A stretch of 63,201 nucleotides of DNA, filler included. It is 9 parts of 9 records of this genome, joined end to end, with 100 filler letters (N's around TTAATTAATTAA, not from the genome) between each part and the next. Parts side by side here need not be neighbours in the genome. Positions count along the whole stretch, not along the records: positions 18,600 to 24,787 come from SRR2962707_3759; positions 24,888 to 30,912 come from SRR2962707_3774; positions 31,013 to 40,080 come from SRR2962707_3775; 6 more parts are not named here. One strand, written 5' to 3'. Below the pieces are notes generated by a model. That model was given only the letters and a program-made list of their open reading frames with translations, searched no databases and had not been told where the DNA came from. Position numbers and translations under genes: made by a program. Every line of letters begins with the position of its first letter. The stretch's first letter is position 1. Below are positions 22,430-33,716 of this stretch, piece by piece.

Positions 22430-24453
22430 CTAACCTTTCCAACCGTGATTGCGGGCAACAGCGAAGCGTGTCTCCCAGCTATTGCAAACGTATCTTCCCG
22501 AGGCGAGGCATGCGCATCGAGAGTGACTTGGGGGATGGGGGTGCGGAACAAGCTTGCGGACAGAAAAGACTGCAACAACACCGGGGCACGTACTTGTCCG
22601 TGCAGGGGTTTCCATATATGCAACTGCACCCTTCTTTTCGGGTGACGCCCGTTTGAGGCTCACCGGAATCCGCCTTCAGAGCATCGCGCAAAAGAACCAT
22701 GATGTTTGGCGGAGAATGTCAGCACGAAAGTTGAGTCGGAAATAGGCGGCTGGCGCACGCACCATCAACCGAGACGAAGCAGTGCGGCAAAACATATGCT
22801 GCTGGTGTTGACCAAATTTGTTGTGCTGTGGGCAAGTGCGGAAAAATTCGACCCTTATGCGACAAGCATGGCACTGTGACACCACCACTTGAAATTGAAC
22901 TACATGCGCACTCACCGTGCCCAACTCTGCCATTCTTGCTGCAGTCTCTGCTTGATCTTTCTTGAGCTGCTCTTCGTTTTCAATCACGACTACCCAGTAC
23001 CTGAATGCAGATTGTCATATGGCGAAAACTCAACGACAAAATTCGGGAAAAGGTCTAAGACGAGCAGGTCATGGCATTCGACACGCACTCTTCCCCGTCC
23101 ATGAGTTCAGTGAGGACCCCATTCGAATCATCGGGAACAAATGGTAATTCCCACCGTTCACCTGAGAATTTCCCACATGCAAATCAGTAAGAAGGTGTTC
23201 GACTCATATTGGGACGGGTGCTTTGCGTATGCAGCACAAGGCTACAGCCCAAACTTGCCTTTGAACTTGGTGTTGTCAATGTATGAAAGACGGACAATGC
23301 AGCCTGGCATAATCTGTGTCCAAGGTCAATGTTCAAAGGAAGGTAAATCGAAGCCAAAGCGGCGCGCCGGTGGCAATTCAATCCACACAGTCCAACAGAA
23401 CTCTGTGACATACGTCGCTAAGGCAATACATATCGTCAATTTCGAACGCTTTGAGCTTGTTGTCACTGATTGGAAATGATTCGTGATACCTACAGGACGA
23501 GGCGAAGCAACATAATGTCAAGCGGCAAAAATGCGCGACTGCGTATCGAACGTAGCAAGCAAGTGGCTTGGCGGGGGCCGAGCAGGAAATTGCCAAACAA
23601 AGCTTACATATTGTAGTGACACACCACGTGGCCGTCTTTTCGAGCAAGCAGCTCCGCCTCCCTTGCTGCTTTTGCAGCCTGCACAGGCAACAGAACATAG
23701 TGAAGAACGAAAAACACCTAGCAGCGCTCTCGATGTGTTGACACGCGGATCCAGACGCCAACCAGTGACGGCGCTGCTCACCGCCGCTTCTTCGGCAAGG
23801 CGCGTTTCTCGTTCCGCTGGCGTTTCCTCTTTTGGGTGCCTTGCCTGTCTTCCCCTGACGACGGCCTGCACTTTGACCACAGCGGCTGTTTCAGCCTCAG
23901 TGGCCATTGCTGCCGGGATTGCTTCTCTGGGTGCACCGCCATGCTCCGACTGCTGCTGCCCCTGCATATCCGCGCCCTGTGCTCCTCCTTCACTTGGTAG
24001 ATTTGATTTGCCTGCAGACTCAGCTGCCATCTCAGCGCCGTCGGCTGCTCTCTCAGCACCTTCTTCCTCCACCTGTTTCTGCTGGAGCTCTTCGTCAATG
24101 ACCTTTTGCAGCTTCCTTTGCAAATTTTTGGGCAATTTCCCGAGCACGTCGTTAATCGTCGCCACTTTGGTGCGCTTCTTGGCGGCGTTGAACGCCTTTT
24201 GCAATTGAGGCTAGGCGGATTCCGATTCAATTCAATCAACGACGCACACAAACCATGTCAATGTGCTCCCGAATCGGAATGCATATAATGGACATCGATG
24301 CGACAAGCATTGGCATTACTGAGAGCCTGGACAATTCATCACCAGCAACAAGCAAGCAGCAGCACTCACAGTCCATTCAACCCCGCAGCTTTTCGCGACC
24401 GCCTTCAAGTCCTTCAGCTGCCGCGGCTGCGTGACGGACGCTGCCGCACCCAT
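22430..24453 (-). CDS. Multi-exon uncharacterised protein: N-myristoylation motif, IQ motif, C-terminal Cys motif
   Basis: Spliced by eye: MGAAASVTQP...; VKVQAVVRGRQAR (IQ); DGHVVCHYNMYHESFPI...IDDMYCLSD|IMPGCIVRLS; EGCSCIYGNPCTDKYVCNSWETRFAVARNHGWKG*. Confidence 0.72.
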
Positions 24454-24787
24454 CTGCAGGGGCCACTTACTCCGTCAGCCGCTAGTGTTGTCGAACCTAC
24501 AATGAGTGAGCAAGTGTAGAGAGATATCTCTCAAACTTCTGCAACAGGAAATGGACGAAGGCGCAGGGCGCTCAAAAGAGAAAAGGCAAAAAACAACAAA
24601 CCAACAAAACGACAAACGAAATAGAAGGAGAGAAAAAAAAGGACAGGTGCCTTCTCCCGGGACTATGTCGTCGAGGTAAACAACGTCGCAACAAGAGAGC
24701 GAGTCACTTGTCATTGAGCCACGAGTTATTGCGTGAGTGAGTGAGTGAGTGAGTTCGACTCACTCCCTCCCCCCCCCCCTCCCTCAC

Positions 24788-24887
24788 NNNNNNNNNNNNN
24801 NNNNNNNNNNNNNNNNNNNNNNNNNNNNNNNTTAATTAATTAANNNNNNNNNNNNNNNNNNNNNNNNNNNNNNNNNNNNNNNNNNNN
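24788..24887. other. Artificial contig spacer
   Basis: N44-TTAATTAATTAA-N44. Confidence 0.99.
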
Positions 24888-25006
24888 GTGCGTGTGTGTG
24901 TGTGTGCGTGTGTTTCGAGAGAGAGCGTGTGTCCCCTTGATTCGTGGAGGTGTGAGGAAGAACAAATTTCAATGCTTTTTGTCTTGTGACTGGTACGCGT
25001 GCGAAA

Positions 25007-28000
25007 ATGTCGGACGTGACCGCGCAAGACACGTCGGAGGGGTTTGTGGCCCCACAACAAAAAGAAAACAACGCCAACGATGGTGAGACGGAAGACGTGG
25101 CGGCGGGTGTGGACCCGGAGGAGTTGGCGAAAATTCGAAAGAAGCTCGCCAACTCGCTCACGGAACTGTACACAACTGAGTGGGAGTTTGTGAACGATAT
25201 GCACACGCTCGTCTCAGTCTACGTCAATACGCTCTCACCTGATCCAGCAAGCTGCACAGCAGCGGCTGCTGCACGGCAGCTGCCCAACAACAAGCCAGCA
25301 GCTCGCGGGAAGAACGCTTTTCACCGCAGTGCCGCGTCGACCTCGGGTTCAGCTGGACGAAGGGCACGCACAAAGAGTGGGCAAAAGCTTCTTGAATCAT
25401 GTGGATTTTCAGTGGAGCCGCTGACCACGTCTGAGTCACGAGCACTTTTCCGCGACATTGAAGCGCTCATTTGCATTAATGAAACGCTTCTGGGTGACTT
25501 GCAGGAGCGCTTTCAGACGGTTGGGGACAAGGACCGTCACCTTGCTCAAGTGGGCGACATCTTGGTTCAGTTTGCGCCTCACCTGAAGATGTACCGTCAT
25601 TATTTTACTGCTCAAGATGCTAGCGATCGGCTGCTCACGTCGTTGGAAGCTTCGCGACCCAGCGTCAAAAAATTCCTGCAATGGGCATCCCGTCTCCCCC
25701 AATGCAAAAATTTGAATCTGCAGTCGTTTTTGATTCGCCCAGTGCAACGCATTCCACAGTTGTCACTTCTTGTAAACGAAATCATCCGCTGGAACGCCGT
25801 GCTGTCAGAGCCCAAATTCATTCAGGCTCAGATCATTGACAGCGACCCCATATTCGGAAACAAGCGGCTGCTAGCAGAACGGTATGAAACAGAGCTCACA
25901 AATTGCCGCGCGGCCTTGGCCGGCATCCGTGGAAGCGCTTCTCACATTGAAAGAGGAATTGAGAAGTGGCAAAACCAGGCAAAGGTAGTGCGTCTCGAGC
26001 GACAATTTTACCCACCGCAGATCTTCCGGCAATTGGATATTGGAAAAATTGAGCGGTCCTTTGTGCGGGAAGGATTTATCACCCTCATCCACCATAAGAA
26101 AGGCCGACGGCAGTGCGTTGAAAAGCGTCTGCCTGCCACGTAGCGTGTTTCAATGATACGTTTCCGTCCTTGTGCCTCTGTTCGAAATCGATCTCATGTG
26201 TTGATGCTGATTGGCGATGTGCTCTTGTCTTGCAGGTACTGGTTTGTGCTGTTCTCGGATTTACTTGTGTGGGGAAAGCCTGTTGGGAAAGGCATTGCAT
26301 TGTACAAAATGATTAGTCAAACCGTCCCCATTGGGTTTGACGAGCAATACAAACTAGAAGATGGTGTCCTGGTCAACAAAGGAGACAACGTCCAGCAGGT
26401 GACCTACGTGGACGGCCACAACCAGATGCATACGGAGCAACGCAAGCTGCGGCAAGCGGACGATAGTGTTGTTCTACTTGGGGACCCAGAGTCAATTCAC
26501 CTGAGTTTCCGATCTGACTCAGATAAGCTTGCATGGCTTGCTGATTTCGATGCAGTTGTCAAGAAACGCGAAAATCGTCGGCGTGCAACCGTTGAGGCCC
26601 AGCGACGAAGCGGCCGTTTGCCCGCTTGCAATGGCGATGGACCTCATGTTGGTTCATTCGGTGAAGGAGCGGCAACCGGGGGTCAAAGTGGCACCACGAC
26701 TGGAATGGAACCCTCTGTGGATGCCTTCAGTGTGGTTTCTCCCTCGGCAGTATGGGAGCCCAATTCTCTGTCCCGCGCGTGCAACGTCTGCAACCGAGTG
26801 TTCGGATTTCTCACGCGAAAGCGGCGGCATTGCCGCGTTTGCGGCCGTTGTGTGTGTACATCTTGCTCAAAAAAACGATTCCTGAGCATTCCCGGAATCC
26901 GTAAACCCACCGGCCGCAACACTGACATTGGACTCAACAAGGGAGCCGTGTCTGTGAAGACCAACAATGAATACAAGCGCAGATCCCTGCAGCAGCAGGC
27001 CCATGAGAATTCCAATGCCAATACATCGGATAGTGACTTCACAGCCGATTCTGGAACGCACCACGGGATCCCAGATCCCAAAAAGAAAAAGAAAAAAGGT
27101 TTGAAAGGGGCTTGGAAGTCTGTTCGGCGTGGGGTCGGGAAAATGCTGCGCGGTAACAAGCCCAAAAATCCGCCCGTGATGTCTTCGGCGTCCACAGTTT
27201 CCACGACCTCAAGCAGCACTGACACAATGACAGAGTTTGGCAAAAGCAGCTCAACTGGAAACGATGACTCCCAGCAGCTGGGAGACCAGGTTGCCGACTC
27301 GTCAGTATCACCAGGATATCTGCTCAGGATATGTGATTCCTGTCGCGAAATCCATAGGCACATCCTGCTTGACGAGGCGCGCCGTGCAGCTCCTGCGGTT
27401 CTGCTCACTGATACTGGTGGTGGATCAGATGCTAAACCACCGCCGCCTTTGCCGGATCGTGATTACGAAGCGCCCGCACTGCCCCCCCGAGATGCCGACG
27501 ACGAAGAAGAATCTGATGATGCATCAGACACGGCAGACGACACAGATGACGAAGAAGATGAAGAGGTGGATCGGCAGCGACACCATCAAGAGTTAGAGCA
27601 GCAGCAACAGCGTCTGCGGCAAAAGGAACTGCTCAATCATCACAACGCAGCATCGTTCCGCCGGAAAATTGTTGCCGTGTCTGCATCTTCCTCTCGCCGC
27701 CTGCTCCGCACAAATCGTAGCGACGACGCGGTTGCTGTGCAGTCTTCTGCAGTTGGAAAAACTGAAACGCAGCCTGAGTCAGGGAAACAACAGCGTGATT
27801 CCACAGACTCACCGCCAGAGACTGCCACGGACACCGAAGTGACACCCATCTTGCAGGACAGCGCCACGCACGAACAGGCTTCCGGTGTCTTGGTCGTTGT
27901 AGCAGAAGCAGCAGGACCTGAGGGCCGACCATCAGGTCAGGAACAAAATGAGGACGAAGCCGAAGAACCCACCCCCGACGACATTATTGCTCCCGCGGAA

Positions 28001-30107
28001 GAAGATGCAGCGCTTGCAGTCGTCGAAGCAGAGGCCGACAGGGCAGCCCTGGAAGCTGAACTTGCCGTTGAGCAACAACACCGCGCTCAAGTACAGCATC
28101 GGCAAAGGCTTCAACAACAGTCACGTCGGCATCTCAGAAAACAAATTGAAACCGAAGCCCCAATCGCCGCCAATAAAGGCAGCGAGGGCAGTTCCGTGAC
28201 GTCCACCACAGCGGGAGGCCAAACCGTGCCGCCGTTCCCCGATAGCGAACCAACTGACGCTGACAGAAACACTGTAGCTGACGATGAAGTTGTGCTTCGC
28301 CTGCAACAACTTGGTTTTCCTCACCCGCTGGAAGCTGCAAAACAAAAAGCCGCAATTTCTCACTATTCTTCCTCTCGGCGTAACTTGCGGTCATGGATGG
28401 GAGAAGACCAAGATTATTCATCGATTGTGGCAGGCATCCGAGACACTCCTGTGCTGTTGGCGTATGCGATTGCGTACGCCACAGTCAATCACGATATGCA
28501 CGTGGCAGGTGTGCCGTTCGTAGCAGGACCGCAACCGTCACCTGCCTTTGGCGATGGCGTTGTCGAGGAAGCTTTTGCAATTCCAGCAAGTTCAAACGTC
28601 CATCGAGACGCAGAAACTGATGAATTGTTCACGAGCATGCTGTGTGTCAGCTACCAACCAGATCATTTTGCGCGCATCCGCAAGGTGAGCGGGATCTCCT
28701 CAGACTCGTGGCTTCGCATGCTTGGCACTTGTCTGGTGGGTCTGTCGGCGGATTCCGCGTCAAGTAACGGGAGTAGCAGCAACAACACTGGGCACCAAGG
28801 CGCATCTTCTGCTGTCTCAGAACACGCAGGCGACAGTGGCGATACAAGCATTTTGAGTTTTCGGTCTCAGAGCGCCGAGCTAATCGTGACTTCAGTGTCT
28901 CCAAATGTCGTGCAAACAGTGCTTAATGCAGTACAACACTACGCAGACCACCTTGAATCGCACCCAGACTCACTATTGGATCGATACATGACCGTCTTAA
29001 AAGTTGATTTGCCGGCCCCGCTCGGCTCGCAGTACGTTGTCGTGAAGCTGAATAGGCTCTGCTTTCCAGCAACGTTGCACCTTCGGCGAACCCGTGGTGG
29101 AAAAGTCGGTGCCGTCGCCACCCTCACAGTCACCACGATTGACTCACAACATTACCGCCTCAATCCGAACGAGAAGAAAACTAAAAAATCAGGCGATTCC
29201 AACAAAAGGAAACAACATCACAACCCGTACAGCGGCGCTGCTCACATTGCTGCTCAACGACAGCAACAGCAGCGCATGGACACATTAGGCAGCCGCCGCC
29301 ATCTTGGACCAATGAAGACTCAAAAAGCGTTTGCCTTGGAGCATCGCGGATTGCGCGTTGGTGCGGGCACATGTAGTAGTTTGATGCGTCGGTTAGAACA
29401 CGATGTGGTGCGTTGATGGTGAAACATTGATGCCATTTATTGAGAAGGCCATGTGGCGCGAAATGTTTTCACATTTGTAATTGGTTTTTGGGATTGGGTA
29501 GGCTTACCTTCGAGACCATCAGTTTGTGGACTATTCTCTTGTCGTGGGCGTCACAAACTTAGCGTTGGGCCGTGGTCGAAACGCAGCCCCACTAGAAAGT
29601 GAATTCTTTTCTGCGTCTGAGCCAGACTACCTTGACAATTTTGCATTTGATTCTGGGGTTGATGCTTTTGTGGCCGAGAGCGCCGTGCAAGGAGTTACAG
29701 AGTGAGTAGTCAATTCGTTTCGAATGGTGCTGCTTCGCCTCGGGCGCCATGACGTCGTTTCGAGGTCCTATTTGGTGCTCGTTTGGCTTGACTTGTTGCT
29801 GGTCGTGTTTGGCAGGTATGGTGGCAGCGGAGGTGGGCTTGTGCAGAGCGTCCAGCTATATCTCTCTAATGTGTTCACCCAGCACGGGCGTTCGTTCAGT
29901 GCGACCACAGCCTTCTATGTGAAAGCGGCGCTGGAAGCGGCAAGCAGCAGTGAAGACTACGGAAAGAGTGACCAGCGGACAGACGTGCTTCAGCCAGTTG
30001 GAGTCTCGACTGCGGCGGGATCTCAGGCCGCGTCAGCAATTCCAATTGGGGCGTCAAGTTTCGCAACGCGTTTTCTTGGATTTGTTGAAGAAAACCTTTT
30101 CACGTGA
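25007..30107 (+). CDS. RhoGEF (DH)-PH-FYVE protein with C-terminal PIP-kinase-like domain, multi-exon
   Basis: DH: ELYTTEWEFVNDM, LQSFLIRPVQRIPQL. PH: RSFVREG, FVLFSDLLVW, KLAWLADF. FYVE: WEPN...CNVC...RRHCRVCGRCVCTSCS...RICDSC. PIPK-like: YQPDHFARIRKVSGI, HLESHPDSLL, LEHDV|AYLRDHQFVDYSLVVGV, FATRFLGFV. Confidence 0.82.
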
Positions 30108-30872
30108 TCACCTTGTTTAAACTTGGGCGAGCCCAAGTTTGGTCAATTGGCACGGGCGTTTGTGCTAAAGTCAGAAGTCTCTGCCAAGAACGGTGCAAAA
30201 AATTGCTGCAGAAGCGGGTGGCGAGATTCATATTTATTTTCTTGGTAGCATGATTACCAAAGGGGCATTCAAATTTGCTGAATGTCTTTGGACAGCTCGC
30301 ACAAAGAAGGCGAAGGGCACTGCAGCTGCGACTCGCGCACAGTGAGAGCGTGCTGGGCATCACCGCATGGCGTGGAATTTGTGCCAGCTGCTTGACGCTG
30401 CACGAGCCCATGTTTTCTCGAAGGACAGGACTGGGACGTGTGTCGGATTTACCTCCGCTGCAAGAATATGGTGGTTGTCATCGTCATAATTTATATTCAC
30501 CGGTCAGCTGTTGGGAGCAACTTTCAACTTTTGAGGCAAAACTTCGTGAGACACTTGCACTGAAGTCCACAATTGTACTGCTCGGCATCAAGTCCTCTAG
30601 TGTTCGCGCTGCCCTGCACTGCACTTGCCCCTTTGGTCCTACTCGCATTGTCTTTCCAACCGCGTTCGCAGATTCTCCAACCGTGTTCAATTGGAGCATC
30701 ATGGTGCCGCGCTCATTCGTCCGTCCAACAACTGCCCAACCGCACCACACCACACCGTTGAGTCCCGATCTTTGTTTTGAGCGTTGAAAACACCCTCATC
30801 ACAGCAAAGCAAGATCTTCAATTTTGTACTGTACGCATATGGATCCTCAATGTTCCAGGTACAACAGTCACC

Positions 30873-30912
30873 CTCGCTCCCCCTCACTCTCGCTCACTCT
30901 CGCTCACTCTCG
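30873..30912. repeat. Short (CTCGCTCACT)n repeat at contig end
   Basis: ctcactctcgctcactctcgctcactctcg. Confidence 0.8.
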
Positions 30913-31012
30913 NNNNNNNNNNNNNNNNNNNNNNNNNNNNNNNNNNNNNNNNNNNNTTAATTAATTAANNNNNNNNNNNNNNNNNNNNNNNNNNNNNNNN
31001 NNNNNNNNNNNN
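30913..31012. other. Artificial contig spacer
   Basis: N44-TTAATTAATTAA-N44. Confidence 0.99.
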
Positions 31013-31171
31013 AACCTGTTCCACACCAAGATGATGCTCAAGAATTTCGATCTGGATAACTATGTGTTCGGAGTCAATGCCAGCGATCTTGACCCCCAGG
31101 AAGCACAGTCCATCGAGGATCGTCTGCGCCGGGAAATGCTGGAGATTTTCTACTCCCGCAACGTAGAGTAG
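31013..31171 (+). CDS. speD: S-adenosylmethionine decarboxylase, C-terminal fragment
   Basis: Manual translation [20 protein letters not shown]...[15 protein letters not shown] matches the gammaproteobacterial SpeD C-terminus. Not in the ORF track. Confidence 0.88.
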   Translation, partial: NLFHTKMMLKNFDLDNYVFGVNASDLDPQEAQSIEDRLRREMLEIFYSRNVE

Positions 31172-31221
31172 TAACACGCACAGAAAGATTGAGCCTGCGC
31201 CTTACCGGGGCGCGGGCCAAC

Positions 31222-31242
31222 TTGTTCAATTTAACTGAACAA
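31222..31242. promoter_or_regulatory. Dyad operator upstream of azoR-pirin (LysR-type T-N11-A)
   Basis: Perfect inverted repeat TTGTTCA-N7-TGAACAA. Confidence 0.6.
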
Positions 31243-31328
31243 CCATTCCAAGATTCTCCGATTTCATCTTCTCCCGTCACGCAGTTCAATAGCCTCATAG
31301 CGTTCTAATCAACCAAGAGGCTCTGAAC

Positions 31329-31931
31329 ATGAAGAATATTCTCATTATTACCGCAAGCATTTTTGGTCAGGACGGCCAGTCATCCAGACTCGTCAGTCAG
31401 ACACTGGACCAGCTCCGGCAGACCTACGGCGACATCCAGACCACCTATCGGGATCTCTCCGCAGAGCCGGTACCGCATCTGGACGCCGAACGGTTCGGTG
31501 CCTTCCTGACCAACGCGGACGACCGCGATGGCTCACAGCAAGGCGTCGTCGATTATTCAGATTTGCTGATCAGCGAAGTTGTCGACGCAGACGTCATTGT
31601 TATGGGTGTGCCGATGTACAACTTCGGTGTACCGTCGGTGCTGAAAGCCTATTTCGACCACATTGCCCGTGCCGGCATCACTTTCCGATACACGGCAAGC
31701 GGCCCTGTTGGCCTTCTGGAAGATCGGCCGGTGTACATCCTGGCGGCGCGCGGCGGCCTATACGCCGGCACGCCGAACGACTCCCAGACGCCGTTCATTC
31801 GATCCTTCCTTGGTTTTATTGGCCTCAAGGACGTTCACTTTGTCTACGCCGAGGGCCTGAATATGGGGGATGATAAAAAAGAGAATTCCCTGCAAGAGGC
31901 CGGACGAGCCATTGAAACCCTGACCGCGTGA
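31329..31931 (+). CDS. azoR: FMN-dependent NADH-azoreductase
   Basis: PMYNFGVPSVLKAYFDHIARAGITFRYTASGPVGLL, ARGGLY, FVYAEGL. Confidence 0.93.
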   Translation: MKNILIITASIFGQDGQSSRLVSQTLDQLRQTYGDIQTTYRDLSAEPVPHLDAERFGAFLTNADDRDGSQQGVVDYSDLLISEVVDADVIVMGVPMYNFGVPSVLKAYFDHIARAGITFRYTASGPVGLLEDRPVYILAARGGLYAGTPNDSQTPFIRSFLGFIGLKDVHFVYAEGLNMGDDKKENSLQEAGRAIETLTA

Positions 31932-31966
31932 ACCCGGCGATTTTTGGCATTGGAAGGAGATCCGTC

Positions 31967-32824
31967 ATGACAGAACGAACCCTCAGACAGGTTATTCCCG
32001 GTACCGAAACGTCCGATGGCGCCGGCGTTCGTATCAAGCGCTCCCTCGGACAGCAGCAGAACGTCCGTCTCGATCCCTTCCTGATGCTGGACGAATTCGG
32101 TTCCGACCAACCGCAGGATTACATGGCCGGCTTCCCGTCACATCCGCATCGCGGATTTGAAACGGTTACCTACATGATCGAAGGGCACATGCTGCACGAG
32201 GATCATCTCGGTAACCGGGGCAACCTGAAGAATGGCGGCGTGCAATGGATGACCGCCGGGCGGGGCATTGTCCACTCTGAAATGCCCCAGCAGGAATCGG
32301 GGCAAATGCGCGGTTTCCAGCTGTGGCTCAATCTGCCGGCTGCGGAGAAAATGAAACCGGCGGGTTACCGCGATATCCAGCCTGATGAAATACCAGCCAT
32401 TACCTTCGATGGTGGAGTTATCAAGCTGGTGGCTGGAGAGCTGACCGTTGACGGCCAGATACACCAGGGCGCCGTCACCGGCGGTAGCACACGGCCTTTG
32501 TATGCGGATATCCACCTGGAACCGGGACAGGAAACCCTGCTGCCGATCGATCCGGAACTGGAAGGCCTGCTCTATCTGTACGCCGGAGAAGCGTCCCTGC
32601 ATTCAGCGACAGGCCCCCAGCCCCTGAAACGCTCAGCGGCAAGCATTCTTTCCGAAGGTGACAGCGTCCGCGTTGGCGCCGGTAAGAACGGAGCCCGAGT
32701 GCTGCTGATTGCCGGCAAACCGATTGGCGAGCCTGTGGTGCAGTATGGCCCGTTCGTGATGAACAGTCGTGAAGAGATCGAGCAGACTCTGCGGGACTAC
32801 AGGGACGGCCGTCTGACGGCCTGA
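31967..32824 (+). CDS. Pirin family protein
   Basis: DPFLMLDEF, GFPSHPHRGFETVTY, QWMTAGRGIVHSEMP, GPFVMN; RBS ggag before ATG 31967. Confidence 0.95.
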   Translation: MTERTLRQVIPGTETSDGAGVRIKRSLGQQQNVRLDPFLMLDEFGSDQPQDYMAGFPSHPHRGFETVTYMIEGHMLHEDHLGNRGNLKNGGVQWMTAGRGIVHSEMPQQESGQMRGFQLWLNLPAAEKMKPAGYRDIQPDEIPAITFDGGVIKLVAGELTVDGQIHQGAVTGGSTRPLYADIHLEPGQETLLPIDPELEGLLYLYAGEASLHSATGPQPLKRSAASILSEGDSVRVGAGKNGARVLLIAGKPIGEPVVQYGPFVMNSREEIEQTLRDYRDGRLTA

Positions 32825-32830
32825 AGGCCT

Positions 32831-33697
32831 TCAGGCAAAGGGCTTATGGGCGATCAGTTCCTGCACCAGCGGGCGCATGGTCAGATCCATGGCCAGCGAT
32901 AGCTTGGTTCCCGGGATGACCAGCGTGTCGTACCGGGACAGGCTGCTGCCGCCAATCATTTGCAACAGATAGGGGAAATCCACCTCCGATGGGTCTCGGA
33001 ACCGGATGACGATCAGGCTCTCGTCTTCTGTCGGCACATCGCGGACCACAAAAGGATTGGAGGTATCCACCAGCGGAATGCGTTGGAAGTTCACATGGGT
33101 GTGCGCAAACTGAGGGACAATATCGTGCACGTAATCGTCCATACGGTTGACGATGGTCTGAACGACGGCGTCCTGTGAGTACCCTCGCTTGTTGGTGTCG
33201 CGGTGAATTTTCTGGATCCATTCCAGGTTGACGATCGGTACCACTCCCACCAACAGATCCACGTACTGGGCAATGTTGTAGGCATCGCTGACCACGCCCC
33301 CATGCAGCCCCTCGTAGAACAGAAGATCGGTTTCCGCCGCCAGCGGTCCCCAGGGGGTGAAGGTACCCGGTTTGTGGCCGGCCTCAATCAACCGCCGGTC
33401 TTCGTCATGCACATACTGGCGGAACTGGCCGTTGCCGGTGTGCCCATAGTCATAGAACAGGGCTTCCAGCTTGTCGACATGGTTCGCCGCCAGCGCAAAA
33501 TGGTTGCGTTCACCGAACTGTCCCTTCGCCGCGAGGCGGGCCATCTGCTCACGGTTGTAGCGGTGGAAACTGTCACCACTGACCATGGCGGCCCGCAGCC
33601 CTTCGCTGGCAAACAGGCGGCTGAAAATCTCACCCGTAGTGGTGGTTCCAGCGCCGGAGGAGCCGGTAACCGCGATGATCGGATGGCGTTTAGACAT
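32831..33697 (-). CDS. prkB: Phosphoribulokinase (proteobacterial type)
   Basis: HPIIAVTGSSGAGTTT, GDSFHRY, LLFYEGLHG, NLEWIQKIHRD, NFQRIPLVDTSNPF. Confidence 0.93.
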   Translation of the reverse strand: MSKRHPIIAVTGSSGAGTTTTGEIFSRLFASEGLRAAMVSGDSFHRYNREQMARLAAKGQFGERNHFALAANHVDKLEALFYDYGHTGNGQFRQYVHDEDRRLIEAGHKPGTFTPWGPLAAETDLLFYEGLHGGVVSDAYNIAQYVDLLVGVVPIVNLEWIQKIHRDTNKRGYSQDAVVQTIVNRMDDYVHDIVPQFAHTHVNFQRIPLVDTSNPFVVRDVPTEDESLIVIRFRDPSEVDFPYLLQMIGGSSLSRYDTLVIPGTKLSLAMDLTMRPLVQELIAHKPFA

Positions 33698-33716
33698 AAG
33701 CAGGAGGTCCGGAAAG

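Noticed and set aside
30275-30887. Possible gene downstream of the DH-PH-FYVE gene
   Set aside because: No coherent spliced frame or motif found on either strand; left unannotated
5872-30912. Pseudogenes or an alternative genetic code explaining fragmented ORFs
   Set aside because: The breaks coincide with roughly 70-130 nt GT-AG (occasionally GC-AG) introns that restore the frame under the standard code
30965-31177. Minus-strand 70-aa ORF
   Set aside because: Antisense of the speD 3' end
32831-33697. prkB as evidence for a Calvin cycle
   Set aside because: No cbb genes nearby, and PRK homologs occur in heterotrophic gammaproteobacteria
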